A DNA stretch of 64,000 nt from Tricharina praecox. Taxonomy: Eukaryota. Positions 1-11,830 of this stretch are shown here, in pieces. The notes below the pieces were generated by a model. That model did not search any database and had not been told where the DNA came from. It was given only the letters and a program-made list of their open reading frames with translations. Numbering within the stretch: position 1 is the stretch's first letter; each line of letters begins with the position of its first letter. Both the position numbers and the translations under genes were made by a program. The stretch lies in NCBI RefSeq assembly GCF_024521635.1, contig NW_026250408.1, positions 186,001-250,000 of the forward strand, written 5' to 3'.

Positions 1-505
1 CTACAGGCAAAAACTTCGGCTTACCGATATTGAGTGCATCGTGACAAACACCCGGCTGTGGGCCTTAGCGACTCTCAAAGGTTCCGCCTAATATCGGCGA
101 AATATCCACTTCCTGAAGGGACCCTGGTGCTCCGGCGCCACCACTCAGCTGAAACAAGGACCACCGAAAACCAAGAATGCAGTGCAGGGTCAGATAGATT
201 GTACGCCTGCAGTGTCGCGGCTCGCCACGGTGATGGTGCAGTACCTTGCATGGCTAAGTAGCTCTGGGTAATATGGTAACGTCCGGCACTGTAGGGTAGG
301 CACAGGTTCATCCTCAATATACATCATCGTGGATTAATTGATACTTGGATGTTCACCATCTCGGTGTCAGTCTTCCCCGAAGACCTCCCCACCCTCTCGG
401 AGGTGGTGATACCACCCATGAACAGATCGGTATATATTCTATTGCCAGTATGCTCCTCATGTTGTTTGCATCATCGATCCCATTCCTGCGGAACATTCTA
501 ACACA

Positions 506-2222
506 ATGCGGTTCCATACATTGACCTCTCTTGCCGTGTGTGCTCTGGCGAGCATTTCATCCGTCTCCGCTGCTGTCGACAACGCGACTGGTATGTCATC
601 CCGTACTTTGTGTCTAATGACTGAGGTGATGCTGACTTCATGTAGCCGTTGTCGACTTCTCTGTCACCCGTGGAACGCCCCAGCAGTACGGCAGTGGTGT
701 GCTGTACGGTATTCCGGACACTTCCATCGATACTTGGCAGATCCCGAAGACATTCTACACCGAGATTGGCATCAACCATGGGCGTGGGGGAGGCTCGCAG
801 GTAGCCGGTAAGGGGTGGATGGGAGGAGAAGCAGATTACGAGGTATGTCCTCCTCATCCGACATCCCCACACACAACTGAGGGGGTATTTACTGACCGAC
901 CAATCACCAGGCACGAATCGAATCGGCATATCAGAACTACCTCCATGTTCGCGCCCTAGGCGGTCGCTTCTTCCTCCTCAACTCCGCGCTCTGGGGAGCC
1001 GATGGCCTACAAACCGCCAGCGACCCGTTCCCAGGCGACAACGGCGACTGGGCATCGTACGACGCGTTTCTCGTCCGCGTAGCAGCCGACATCAACCGTC
1101 TCGGCATGACCGAAGGGCTCATAGTCGAGCTCTGGAACGAAGCCGACTACAACGCTGGCTTCTGGACGGGCCGCACCCTCGACCAGTTCATGGACACCTG
1201 GGGCTGGGCATATCACCGGCTGCGGCCGCTCCTGCCGAAGGAGGTCCTGATCTCCGGGCCTGCTTTCGCCACGGAATTGCAGGACGGCGGTCCTTGGCCG
1301 CAGTGGTTCGAGTACGCGAAGACCAACGGCAGTATTCCGGATATGTACACCTGGCACGTGCTGTTCCAGCCCGGCGGAACCGGCAATGATGTGCAGTGGA
1401 GCAGGTCGCAGCTCGATGGACTTCTGGATAAATATGGCCTGCCGAAGAAGCCGGCATCCGTCAACGAATAGTACTTACAACTCCTTCGCACGAGTCGGTT
1501 GAGTCATTGGCTAATGGTATATCATAGCGCCATCCCCGAGACCCAAAATCCCGGATACTCCGCGTACACCATCTCTGCGCTCGAGCGCTACGATACCTGG
1601 GGACTTCGTGCCAACTGGGTATGTACCACACTCCACCGTTTCCACTTCCCTTTCGATCACCCACTGATTTTTCAAGGCCATGGGCGGAGCGCTCCACGAC
1701 TATCTCGCCTCATTAGTCGGCAAGCCCGACAACACCAACGGCGGCGTGTACGACCCGTCCTCGGGCGGCTACTGGGCAACCGGCGAATGGCACCTGTACA
1801 AATACTACTACCAGGCGCAAACCGGAGTCCGAGTAGCATCTACACGGTCCACGGACGGGTACTTCGATGTATTTTCGACCTGGAACAGCAAGAAGGGCAA
1901 GGGCGCGCTCATTGCAGGGACGAATGGAAAGACCGGGACCTATCAGATCCAGCTCAAGAGTCTGCCGAAGGTGGGGAAGAAGGGCAGCACCGCCGTCAGA
2001 GTTGTGACCAAAGCTGTGAGTTCCAACCCCACACTAGCTGTGTAGAACTGTACTGACAAACGCAAACAGTATCCCTGGATCGGCTTTAGAGAGAAGGTCG
2101 ACGCCGATGAGATCGTGGTGGTTGCCGATAAGGTCTACACGGTGACGAACGGTGAAGCTTTGGTGCAACTTGTGGTCACCAACGCGACGATCGGTTATTC
2201 GTTGGATATCTACCCCGCCTAG
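506..2222 (+). CDS. Secreted glycoside hydrolase, GH39-like (clan GH-A; beta-xylosidase/arabinofuranosidase type), 474 aa, 6 exons
   Basis: Exons 506-590, 646-842, 911-1470, 1528-1618, 1677-2015 and 2070-2222 join in frame (1425 nt) across GT..AG introns with branch sites. Signal peptide MRFHTLTSLAVCALASISSVSA. Motifs GVLYGIP, GRGGGSQ, LWGADG..PFPGDNGDW, ELWNEAD (acid/base Glu), SVNEY (nucleophile Glu), LERYDTWGLRANW. TATA-like TATATA at 431. Confidence 0.88.
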
Positions 2223-2331
2223 TCGGTTAGTTATCAGAGAGAAAACGATCTTGTATATAGATCACCTTTCGAGGGTGTAGGGAACTGGCAAAAATTAGTG
2301 TACTTTTATGACTGCCTCTATGAAATAGCAT

Positions 2332-2747
2332 TTCAGTGACGAGTCAATCTATTTTAGTGGCGGGTGAATTTATTTCAGTGATGAGTCAATTCATGTTAAT
2401 TATAAGTCACTAGGGGTGTGCAAAGTTAGTCAAGAGCGTTTATGACTCAATCGCAAATTCCATTCATCTGGTTTGCGCTGTTCACAACGCGCGACAGGAG
2501 AAAAATTGGCCATTAGACATTTATGAAATGCAAGCACATCCTCAGTAAAATTATCTCGATGATAGTACTACAACATCACGTAGTTCTCTCTTTTTCTACC
2601 CCACTTTCTGTCATGTTGCATCTTCGTTGCATCAACGCGTAAGATGCAAAATTTTGGATGTGGCTGGTGAGAGGATCGCGTACCGACGAGGGTACCGGGC
2701 ACCTTTTTAGCTCCACGGCGCGTATTCTATACCTTTGCTCTCAAAAT
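2332..2747 (+). mobile_element. Repeat family A copy: remnant matching the internal part of the Mutator-like MITE at 50665-51488
   Basis: Colinear match to 51017-51373 (TTCAGTGACGAGTCAATC, TTCACAACGCGCGAC, GCCATTAGAC, ACGCGTAAG, ACCTTTTTAGCTCCAC). No TIR or TSD seen at this copy. Confidence 0.75.
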
Positions 2748-3151
2748 AGGTATATGCAGTGGCTGTGTCGTTCCAGGACCGAATTTCCGAGCGAGCCATC
2801 CAGACGTGACAAGAGCTCCTAATCGCTACGTATAAACGCATATAATAATCACTTCGGTGGAAGTGACCGGCTTAACCTTCAGCCACATGCGACCACTCTG
2901 CACCTGCCGCTTCTAGAGGCTGGAGCGCAATGCTCAGTTGCAATTGGTGACGCGTTCCATGCAGGTTGGCCTGGTGGTGTGAAACAACAGAGGCTCGTAC
3001 TCTCGCCTTGTGAAGAATTCCCCGCTTCTGTCCCCCGCATCCAGCTTAGCATCACCACGGAAGAGATCGATTTTACAACCCACGCGAAAACGCCACACTC
3101 GAGAACAAATACAACTTCGTCGGCATCGCAATCACCTCTCCGTCGTCGACG

Positions 3152-6100
3152 ATGTCTAAGCGACTAGGCGAGGACCTTTCCGCTCGTGCCCAGCGATCCA
3201 GCAGTCGCCGGAGAATATCTTCATCCCCAGCAAAAACCGAAAAAAGCGCGTTGGAAGTCGCGCCAATTCCCTCTGCTACACCGCCGACACGTGGAGGGCG
3301 AACTCGGGGCCGGGGCCGGAGTCGGGGCCGGGGTCAGAGTTGTGGTCGAAGTCCCTGGACAAGATCGCCGAAACTTTAGAGTGTCATCGCGACAGCAGAA
3401 GTACCATTTACTGGTAACGATGATCAAGATCCCAGCGATTTGCCTCATGAGGTTCAGCCTGGTATTGTCGAAGCCCACATGGCTGTGGCGCCGAAGTGTT
3501 TTCGGATATCTGCAGTTCCACCCGGTTGGAGCGACGATGACTTGTTTGATGCTCTCCGGACCGTCGATCCATCTCTACACAATCGGAATGATCTGTCACT
3601 ATATCCGGCGTGTTGCGGCTCGACTCAGACTGCATTGTTGAATTTGCATACCTATAGCCAGTACTTCCATAGCATAGATGTCAATAAATCGACATATGAG
3701 CGCGTTGCAAAAACCGCCGTCAGGACAGACGCCCTTCTTGTCATCGATTGCCACTTCTACGACTTTACACCTTTGAACACACCGGACGGGAATATACTCG
3801 CAGAGTTTGTGCTCCCTTTTCTCGACAACCCCTCGCGAGCTAATATACTAACACTTAGTCAATCTAGTGTAGTCGCGGTCACGGGCCTTGCAGGCGTTTG
3901 CGTATGGATCCTGGCGCAGCCGCGAAACCCAAAAATGTGGCTGAAAGACTTTTTGCCGCGCGACGTCAAGAACATCAGGATCATGACTTATGGTTACGAG
4001 AGCAGTCTGACCGGGCCCCGGACATCCTCCACGAAAATGGTTGACTACAGAACCCACTTCATCCAGCAGCTCAAAAATTCGAGAAGCGGTGCCGAAGTAC
4101 GTGCAGTCTATCTATCCGACAATCTTTCATTTTATGCTTTTTTATGTGCGCCAACTAATACGCGTACTCGTCGCCAACTATTAGAATAGACCAATCATAT
4201 TCGTGGGGCATAGTCTAGGAGGAATCCTTATTCTGCAGGTATGTATGTCTACGCTCCAAAAATACTCAGCAGTCCACTAATTTTGACTCGCAATTTTAGG
4301 CCTTGGTGGACTCCACTCTCAAGGACCCAGGAAAGTCTATCCTGGGTGCAACGCAAGGGATTTTCTTTTTTGGGACGCCACATCAGGGTCTTCGGGTTGA
4401 AGAACTACAGTCCATGGTCGAGGAGGGCTCAGATACAGACCGGCAAAGACTAAACTTTCTCGCGCAGCTGGAGGAAGGCTCAGACTTTCTTGTCAACCAA
4501 ATTGAGGTTCTTGCACCCATATGGCAGACTTTCCAACGGTGTATTATTAGCTTTTACGAGACGATGAAAGCACCAACTGTTAAGAAGGTGATTTCTCTTC
4601 CGCTTCCGAAGTTCAGTCACTAACTGCAGTCAGTCGGAATCGGGAAAATTCGTTCGAGATGGTGACATGGCTATGATGGTGCAGGGCTTCTCCGCTCGAT
4701 TATTTCTACCATCAGAACATCGGCTTCCGATAAACAAAAACCATTCAGAAATGGTCAAGTTTGATTCTAAGGTGGAAACGATATACCAATCAGTGGTTTA
4801 CCATATGAAAGCCTGCATCGGTGAGCCTGGTCTTACAGTGGTTTCTGATGGTCGTATGATTCGCACCGCGCAATGATGGGCTTTGGAAATTCCCGTGCTT
4901 TGAATTCAATTAATATGTTGGGTTTCTTACTATGCTTGTGTTCTTTCATTGTTCGTATATTTTAGACTTCAACCGAACATTTCTTTTCTTTTCGGTATTT
5001 AGACAATAGTTCTTGACTGACATCATCAAAGAAGAACCCTCCCAGGAGGCCTCTCTTCGGCGTGGGATAGACGGCACCAGTGCAGATAGCTTTCTCAAGT
5101 TGCTATCTACAGTTTATGAAGCACAGCATGAGCCCTAGGTTCCCTCATCGATTGCTGACCAACCGGAATTTCACTGGATCTTCAAAAACATTGATTTCGG
5201 TGATTGGGTCCATGGCCGTTCTGATCCGGTGCTGTGGCTATCTGGACCTCCTGAACGCCGCCTCGATCTCGCTGCATCATACATTGTGGACTTAGAGCGG
5301 AAAAGGTTAGCTGGTACACATGCTATGGTGCTTCACTTTTCGTGCTCCTCTGAAAGCAAATTCGGCAAGCGATCGCTTACTGCCGTTTTTATTCATACTC
5401 TACTTCACCAAATTCACCGCTTTGTACAATTTCCTAAGGAAGCAATTGGTGCGGTATTCTTTCATGCCTTCCTTGACCACGTCCTTCTAAGCCAGCGAAA
5501 ACTTGAGTCCCCCTCGAAGTTACCAGGTGACCGCTACTACACCTTGCCGGAGTTGCTTGACGCCGATGACCACGCGCAGATGGATGCTCTACTGTCTGTT
5601 CTCCAGGTCCAACAACCGTCAGAACTTTCCATGATCATCGATAGGCTGTATATGGTCGTACCCCATGGCGATCAGTTGCTATGGGAACGATTCGTCACAG
5701 AACTTTCGACATTCATCGCAAACTTGAGTGGGAGTGGGCTGAAGGTTAGGGTTCTACTCACGAGCCTACCACAGACAGGGGTTCCGGCGTATTCCTTAAG
5801 CGGTATACCAGGGCGGTCTATTGAGTACGACAAGGAAAGAAGAGGTTCGATTGCCCCACTCTCATCCCGAATTAAGCTGATGCAAGATTTATAGAATGTC
5901 TCAATGCTTTTCACTTTGATAACACACGCTACGGTAAAATCTCCAGGGAACACCACGGCTCCTTAGAGTGGCTCTGGTCCCACCAGAAGTACCGGAACTG
6001 GTCGACGTCGGAGAGTTCCAGCCTGTTATGTATCGGTGGAAAGCCCGGGAGCAGAAAAAGCACTCTTGTTAAGTATTTCAAAGACAATCTCCTTGAACGA

Positions 6101-8503
6101 GAGCCACAGACACGCCCGACGATAATTGCATCGTTCTTTTACAGCTTCCGAGAGGGCGAACGCCAAACCAGTCACTACAACATGCTTCGCTCAATTCTTT
6201 ACGATGTCTTAAGTCAAAATAAGTTCCTGTTTTGCTACTTTCAACGAGAGTACTGGAAATATCAGGCATTCGCATCAGGTCGGAACCTCCTTGATGATCG
6301 TGACCCCATGAGTGAACGCCTTCATTTCATTATCGATGCGGTCGACGAGTCAGATGAGTCCGACAGACACGATATCCTTCGGATGTTCTTCGAGCTCTGT
6401 TCCAAGAAAGAATGCACTGTGAAGGTGTTTTTCGCAAGTCGACCGGTTGCGGAGCTCGAGGATTTCATCAAGTCGCCCGAAGTTATACGGATGCAAGATA
6501 TGAATAAGCCCGACATACTCAACTTCGTAGATGCTTTTCTCGGTCCAGAATTGGGGTTCTCCGACGATATCCTTCGCAGAGCTACAGGATACATACTCGA
6601 GAACGCGCATGGAGTATTCCTGTGGGTGCACTTGGTCAAAAAAGAACTGCTCAGATATTCAGCCAGAGGTTGCTCCAAGGGGGCAATCTTTCGATTCTTA
6701 GAGAGTCTTCCCACAGAGCTAGAAGGGCTCTACCAACGAATGTTCGATGAGTTGCAAGGTGGTTCGGAGGAGGATATTATCGACGGAATAAAGATGTTCC
6801 GATTCATCCTATTCAGCCGCCAATCCCCTACCGTTGCAGAGCTCCAGCATGCGCTAGCTGTGCCAGACGGTCCAGGTGACGAATTCGGGGAAGAAGACTT
6901 CCAAGACTGCATGATTATAGACATGGAGAAACGGATCGTCCACTGCGGACGAAACTTTTCAGAATCAAAGGATACAACGGTATTTACTATTCCTGCCCAT
7001 AGCTCATCCAACCTCCCACTAACAGCATTGATAGAGCCCAGTGTTCAGGTGATGCACCAAACCGTGCGGGAGTTTCTTCTCCGGCCGAACGGATCCGCAG
7101 CAGCCTCGATACTTAGAACCAATGCAAAGGTTGCCCACTCTTATTATCTGCGCCGCAAACACGACACCAGAGGAAGGTTCGCCGGGAACCAAATCTTGGG
7201 TGTTACGGAACTTCGAGGATTACGTTCGATATCTAGACAGCCGACCCCTCCTTAACTACGCGATGAGCTTCCTGAGAAGCCACATGCAAGATTTGGAAGG
7301 TTATCCTACGTTCCAACTATCTGCTCTCGTTTCCGCGCTTGTTGAGCACCTGACACCTGGAAACCCCGCAACTTACCTCTTTGGCGACTGGGCTCACAAC
7401 TCGTTCTCTGACTTCGGAGAAGATACGGCAAGCACCGGTCGATTTAAGCGTAGCATGTTGTTGACTGCGGTTACTGCGGGATCCCATCTGGCGACCAAAA
7501 CATTGTTTTTGGCTGGGGCCTCGGCAAACTAGGAATTGGACGATAAGACCCTGCTGGTAGTCGTCGCCCAGAATGGCCACGATTCGACAATACGGATAAT
7601 CCTTGCGTGTGGTGGCAGGATGGAGACGCAGACACCGTTGGGGCAGGCCTTGCATGTGGCTGCGTTGGGAAGACGCGATTCCACTGTCCGGCTACTTATC
7701 GACGGTGGAGCCAATCCCGAGGCCATGGAAAACCATAGACGTACTGCACTACATCTGGCAGCGAAGAGTGGATACGACACTACTGTCCAACTACTCCTTG
7801 ATCATGGAGCCAAAATCGAGGCGAAGGACAAATGGCACAATGCGGCGCTGCACCTAGCCACCATGAATAGAAAAGATTCCACTGTCCAGCTACTTATCGA
7901 CCGTGGAGCCAACACCGAGGCCATGAACAAGCATGAACGTACTGCACTGCATCTGGCAGCTACGAACGGACACGACTCTATTGTCCAGCTACTCCTTGAT
8001 CATGGAGCCAACATCAATGCGAAGGACAAAGAGCACGATACAGCGCTGCACATAGCCGTTATGACTAAGAGCGAGGATACGCTTCTATTGTCCGGGCATT
8101 CCTTCACCGTACACCTGATATTAGGGCTATGTACAACAATAGTATAAGTATAGCACCATACGCTGCTGCCAGGAATCAATACGGTTTCAACTTCTATCCG
8201 TTATCTGATGCGGCAGTTAATAGCGAAGCGGGGAATGTAGCGCTACACCTAGCCCTCATGGGCGGACATGATTCCACTATTCAACTACTTCTTGACCACG
8301 GAGCCCATATCGGTGCGCACGATAACTACGGACTTATGACGCGAGACCTAGCGACTATGAGAGGACACAAGTCGACTGCCCGACTATTCGCAGACTTTCG
8401 GTTAAAGCAATTCCAAGCATCTGTTGCGGCACACACGCCAGAAAGCTGGTCCAACAGCAATCTCCAAAACGACTCAAATCGTTATCCCCATTTGGGGCTA
8501 TAA
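3152..8503 (+). pseudogene. Fungal NLR-like pseudogene: SesB-like alpha/beta-hydrolase, degenerate NACHT-like module, NACHT, ankyrin repeats
   Basis: Spliced exons give VVAVTGLAG, MWLKDFLP..RIMTYGY, FVGHSLGG (4206-4223), FFFGTPHQG and NKNHSEMVKF. Then EFHWIFKN..LWLSGPP, then DNTRYGKIS..SLEWLW, Walker A GKPGSRKST (6038-6064), Walker B FIIDAVDES, GVFLWV, MHQTVREFL, and ankyrin repeats (TALHLAA..G..TVQLLLDHGA) at ~7540-8390. Lesions: in-frame TAG at 3377, 5136 and 7530; frameshifting deletion near 7138; G>R in the P-loop. Confidence 0.85.
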
Positions 8504-9182
8504 TGATCCGATACACCATCGCGACGTCCTACCTTTCATATGCTATGTATGCCGGATGTCGACCGAGAATTCTCATCATCGTCACGTATCGCGCTCGCAT
8601 CGAAGTCCGGCCCAGTCCGTCCGATCCAGTTCTGAATGTGGGAACGAGTGTAGGGATTATTCGACTAGTTAGCGCTGAGGCTTGATATTGAAGTTTTTGC
8701 TGTTGTTTTCTTTTGTATTGTTTATATTTTTTCTTTTACCAGTACCTAAGCAGTTCCCTTACCCATCTGCTGCTTCGATGAAATTATCGTCCACTCTATT
8801 CAACAATACGTATGGAAGAGATTGTACTCTAAGACGACGTTCGGTCCTGACAGGACCATGCCATGCCGAGTCAGTTCCAGGGTTCCCAGGTTGATGTCAA
8901 ACTTTGGACGCCCGGAGACTTTCGCTGCAATAAGGTTCCCTGCGGATGACTCGAGACCGCGTGTCGACGCGAATATGGTTGCGCGGCGAGCAGTCGAGGC
9001 TCAGTGCCGTCGGAGAGGCCAACCTCGGAGTCTGAACTTGTCTGTATATAAAAGAGGCCTCGCCGCCGCTGGTCTTGTTGTGGTATCAAATGGATCATCT
9101 CTTCTCGTCTACCCAAGGATTCCAACAGTGGACGGCTGGCTGTTAGCTGGATCCTAGACCTTTACCAGCAGCGATTTTCAAA

Positions 9183-9417
9183 AGGAGCAAAGGTATAGAA
9201 TGCCCGCTGTGGAGCTAAAAAGGTACTCGATCCCCTCGTCGTTACGCGATACCCTCGCTAGCCACAGCAAAGCTGCAGAAAAAACATTGTGCATCTTACG
9301 CGTCGACGCAACGAAGACAAGGCAACATGACAGAAAGTGATGTAGAAAAAGAATGCGCCCCGTTAATTTGTAGTACTATTATCGAAATAATTATGCTGAG
9401 GATTTTTTCGCATTTCT
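9183..9417 (-). mobile_element. Repeat family A partial copy, inverted
   Basis: Reverse complement of ~2525-2745 (GAGCAAAGGTATAGAA, GTGGAGCTAAAAAGGT, GCATCTTACGCGT, GCAACATGACAGAAAGTG, TGTAGTACTA). Confidence 0.75.
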
Positions 9418-9494
9418 GATTGGAAGCAAAGTGACAGAGGTCTCGATCACATATCAAAACTGCTTAATGTCGCAAAAGACCACGAACAAATTCA

Positions 9495-11830
9495 AGCACT
9501 AGTATCCGCGTTGAAGACCGTACATCCAGTCGATCTATGTCTCATCGTCGACGGCATCTACATGTCAGTGCCGCAATCCGGCGAAGGGGAATGGGTGCGG
9601 TTCATGGAAGAGATTGCTTCGTTCATCGCCGGGCTGCAGGAGGGAAAGTTGGAAGTCAGGCTTCTGCTTACAAGCGGGCCACAGGTCGGAGTTAAGCTTT
9701 CTCTGGAGGGGGTGTCAGTTCGTTGTATTGAGTACGAAAAGGAACGAAAAGGTCCGATCACACACTCCGGGATCCCCGCATCATATATTCTAATTCCAGA
9801 TATGCAGACTGTCTCAATGCTCTTCGCTTCGATAACACTCGTTACAGCAAAATATCAAGGGAGCATCGAGGCTCGTTGCAATGGTTATGGGCTCACCACC
9901 GGTACCGGAATTGATCCGCATCGGAAAGCTCCAGCCTCTTATATATCGGAGGGAAACCTGGGAGCGGAAAAAGCACTCTTGTCAAATATTTCAAAGACAA
10001 TATCCTTGAACTGGAACCCGACGCGCGTTCAGCAACTATCGCCTCTTTCTTCTACAGCTTCAGGGAAGGCGAGCTCCAGAAGAGTCACCACAACATGCTT
10101 CGATCAATTCTTTACGATGTCCTCAGTCAAAATGAGTTCTTTTTCTACCACTTTCAGCGAGAGTACCGACTGTACCGTGACATGATGAGAGAGCGAGGCC
10201 GAGAAGACTGCGCGGAATGTCCTTACGAGTCTTTGAAGCGAGTTTTGCTCTCGTTGGGTGATCACCCCAGGACAGGACGGCTTTACTTTATCATCGATGC
10301 GGTCGATAAGTCTGACGAAGCTGACCGTCGTGCTATTCTCGACGTTTTTTTGACCTTTGTTCCAAGAAATGCTGCACCGTAAAGGTGGTTTTCGCAAGTC
10401 GACCAATTGCGGAGCTCGACCGGTGCATCAATTCACCCGAAGTCATATAGATGCAAGAAATGAACAAACCCGACATAGTCAACTGTGTGGGCTTATTTCT
10501 TGGCCCAAAGCTTGGATTCTCGGACGATATCCTTCAAAACGCGACGGAATACATAGTCGATCACTCGCAAGGAGTATTTCTGTGGGTTCGCCTAGTCAAA
10601 GAAGAACTGCTCAGATACTCGGAAACCGGTTGCTTCAAAGCGCAAATCTTTGGTTTCTTGGAAAGTCTGCCGACAGAGCTAGAAGGTCTCTATAACCGGA
10701 TGCTCAAACAGTTGGACAGCGGTACAGAACGGGATATTGCGCATGGCATCAAGATGTTCCGCTTTATACTCTTTGGCCGCCAGTCACCTACAGTGGCCGA
10801 ACTCCAACATGCACTTGCTGTTCCTGATGGTCCGTTTGCCGATGTCACCGAGAACTCCTTTCAGGACCGCATGATCATGGGAATCGAAAAACGAGTGATA
10901 CATTGCGGCCGTAACTTCCTAGAAATCCAGGGACGTGATGGTATGTACATAAGTAAATACCTTGAGATTCAAATGTCCATTCCCAGAGCCCGACTGACAC
11001 TCTCGGTAAAAGCCAGGGTTCAAGTCATGCACCAAACCGCCCGTGAGTTTCTCCTCCGGCCTAACGACTCCATGGTGACATCACGATTCACGAAAAACGC
11101 GAAAGATGCCCATATCTAGCTGGTCACTATCTGTATACGCTATCTCATTCTCTACGCCGCATACAAGGCACCAAGGGAAGCTTCAGCTGAGACTTGGAAG
11201 ACGGACAAATTTGAGGCTTATGTCCGACATTTGGACAGTCGACCGCTCATAAACTATGTGCGGAGCTGCCTAGGAGCACATATGCAAGAGGTAGAAGGCT
11301 TTCCTGGTTTCGAAGATGTCTCCGCACTTGTTCCCGCGCTTGTACGTCAACTGACGCCTGGAAACTCCGTACAGCACTACAGTGGGCCGCCCTGAATGGA
11401 CACGATGCCACGGTCCAGCTACTCCTCGAACGAGGAGCGAAAATCGAGGTGATTGAAGATGGCAATATGCATAGTGCGCTTCCTCTGGCTGCCCTTTATG
11501 GATACAAATCCACAGTTCGGTTGCTCCTCGACTAAGGCGCCAACATCGAAGCCACCGAATTTAAGCATACGGCACTACATTGGGCTGCTCATGAGGGGCA
11601 TGCCGCCACGGTACAGTTACTGCTCGACCGGAGAGCCGATATCGAGGCCAGAAGCCCTTTCAACGAGACCGCGCTACATTGGGCTGCCAAGGGTAGTCAC
11701 GCTGAAACGGTCCAGGTGCTCCTCGATCGAGGAGCAAATCCCGGAGCGGTGGACCTAGATCGCAAAACAGCGGTGCTGTGTGCCGTGGAAAACGAACATG
11801 AGCCTACGGTTGCGTTACTCACTGCCCGAG
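9495..11830 (+). pseudogene. 5'-truncated NACHT-ankyrin NLR-like pseudogene, paralogue of the 3' half of 3152-8503
   Basis: Same exon structure (introns 9752-9807 and from ~10941). Canonical Walker A GKPGSGKST (9951-9977), FIIDAVDKSD, GVFLWV, MHQTAREFL, and ankyrin repeats ~11370-11820. Stops TGA 9912, TAG 10448, TAG 11117 and TAA within the ankyrins; frameshift near 10350. Starts abruptly just after the repeat A remnant. Confidence 0.85.

Noticed and set aside
252..258. GGCTAAG XlnR-like site upstream of the GH39 gene
   Set aside because: A single short match is expected by chance, so it cannot be supported without conservation data.
3377..7532. All three in-frame premature stops in NLR locus 1 are TAG, suggesting rescue by sexual-stage A-to-I editing (UAG to UGG)
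   Set aside because: The locus also has a frameshifting deletion near 7138 and a mutated P-loop that editing cannot repair. In locus 2 a TAG aligns with Arg (CGG) in locus 1, not Trp, which fits C-to-T decay. RNA-seq from fruiting bodies would be the direct test.
2332..9417. Pack-MULE carrying the NLR gene
   Set aside because: The matching arms are internal MITE sequence, not TIRs; their TIR-proximal ends face inward, and no TSD was found.
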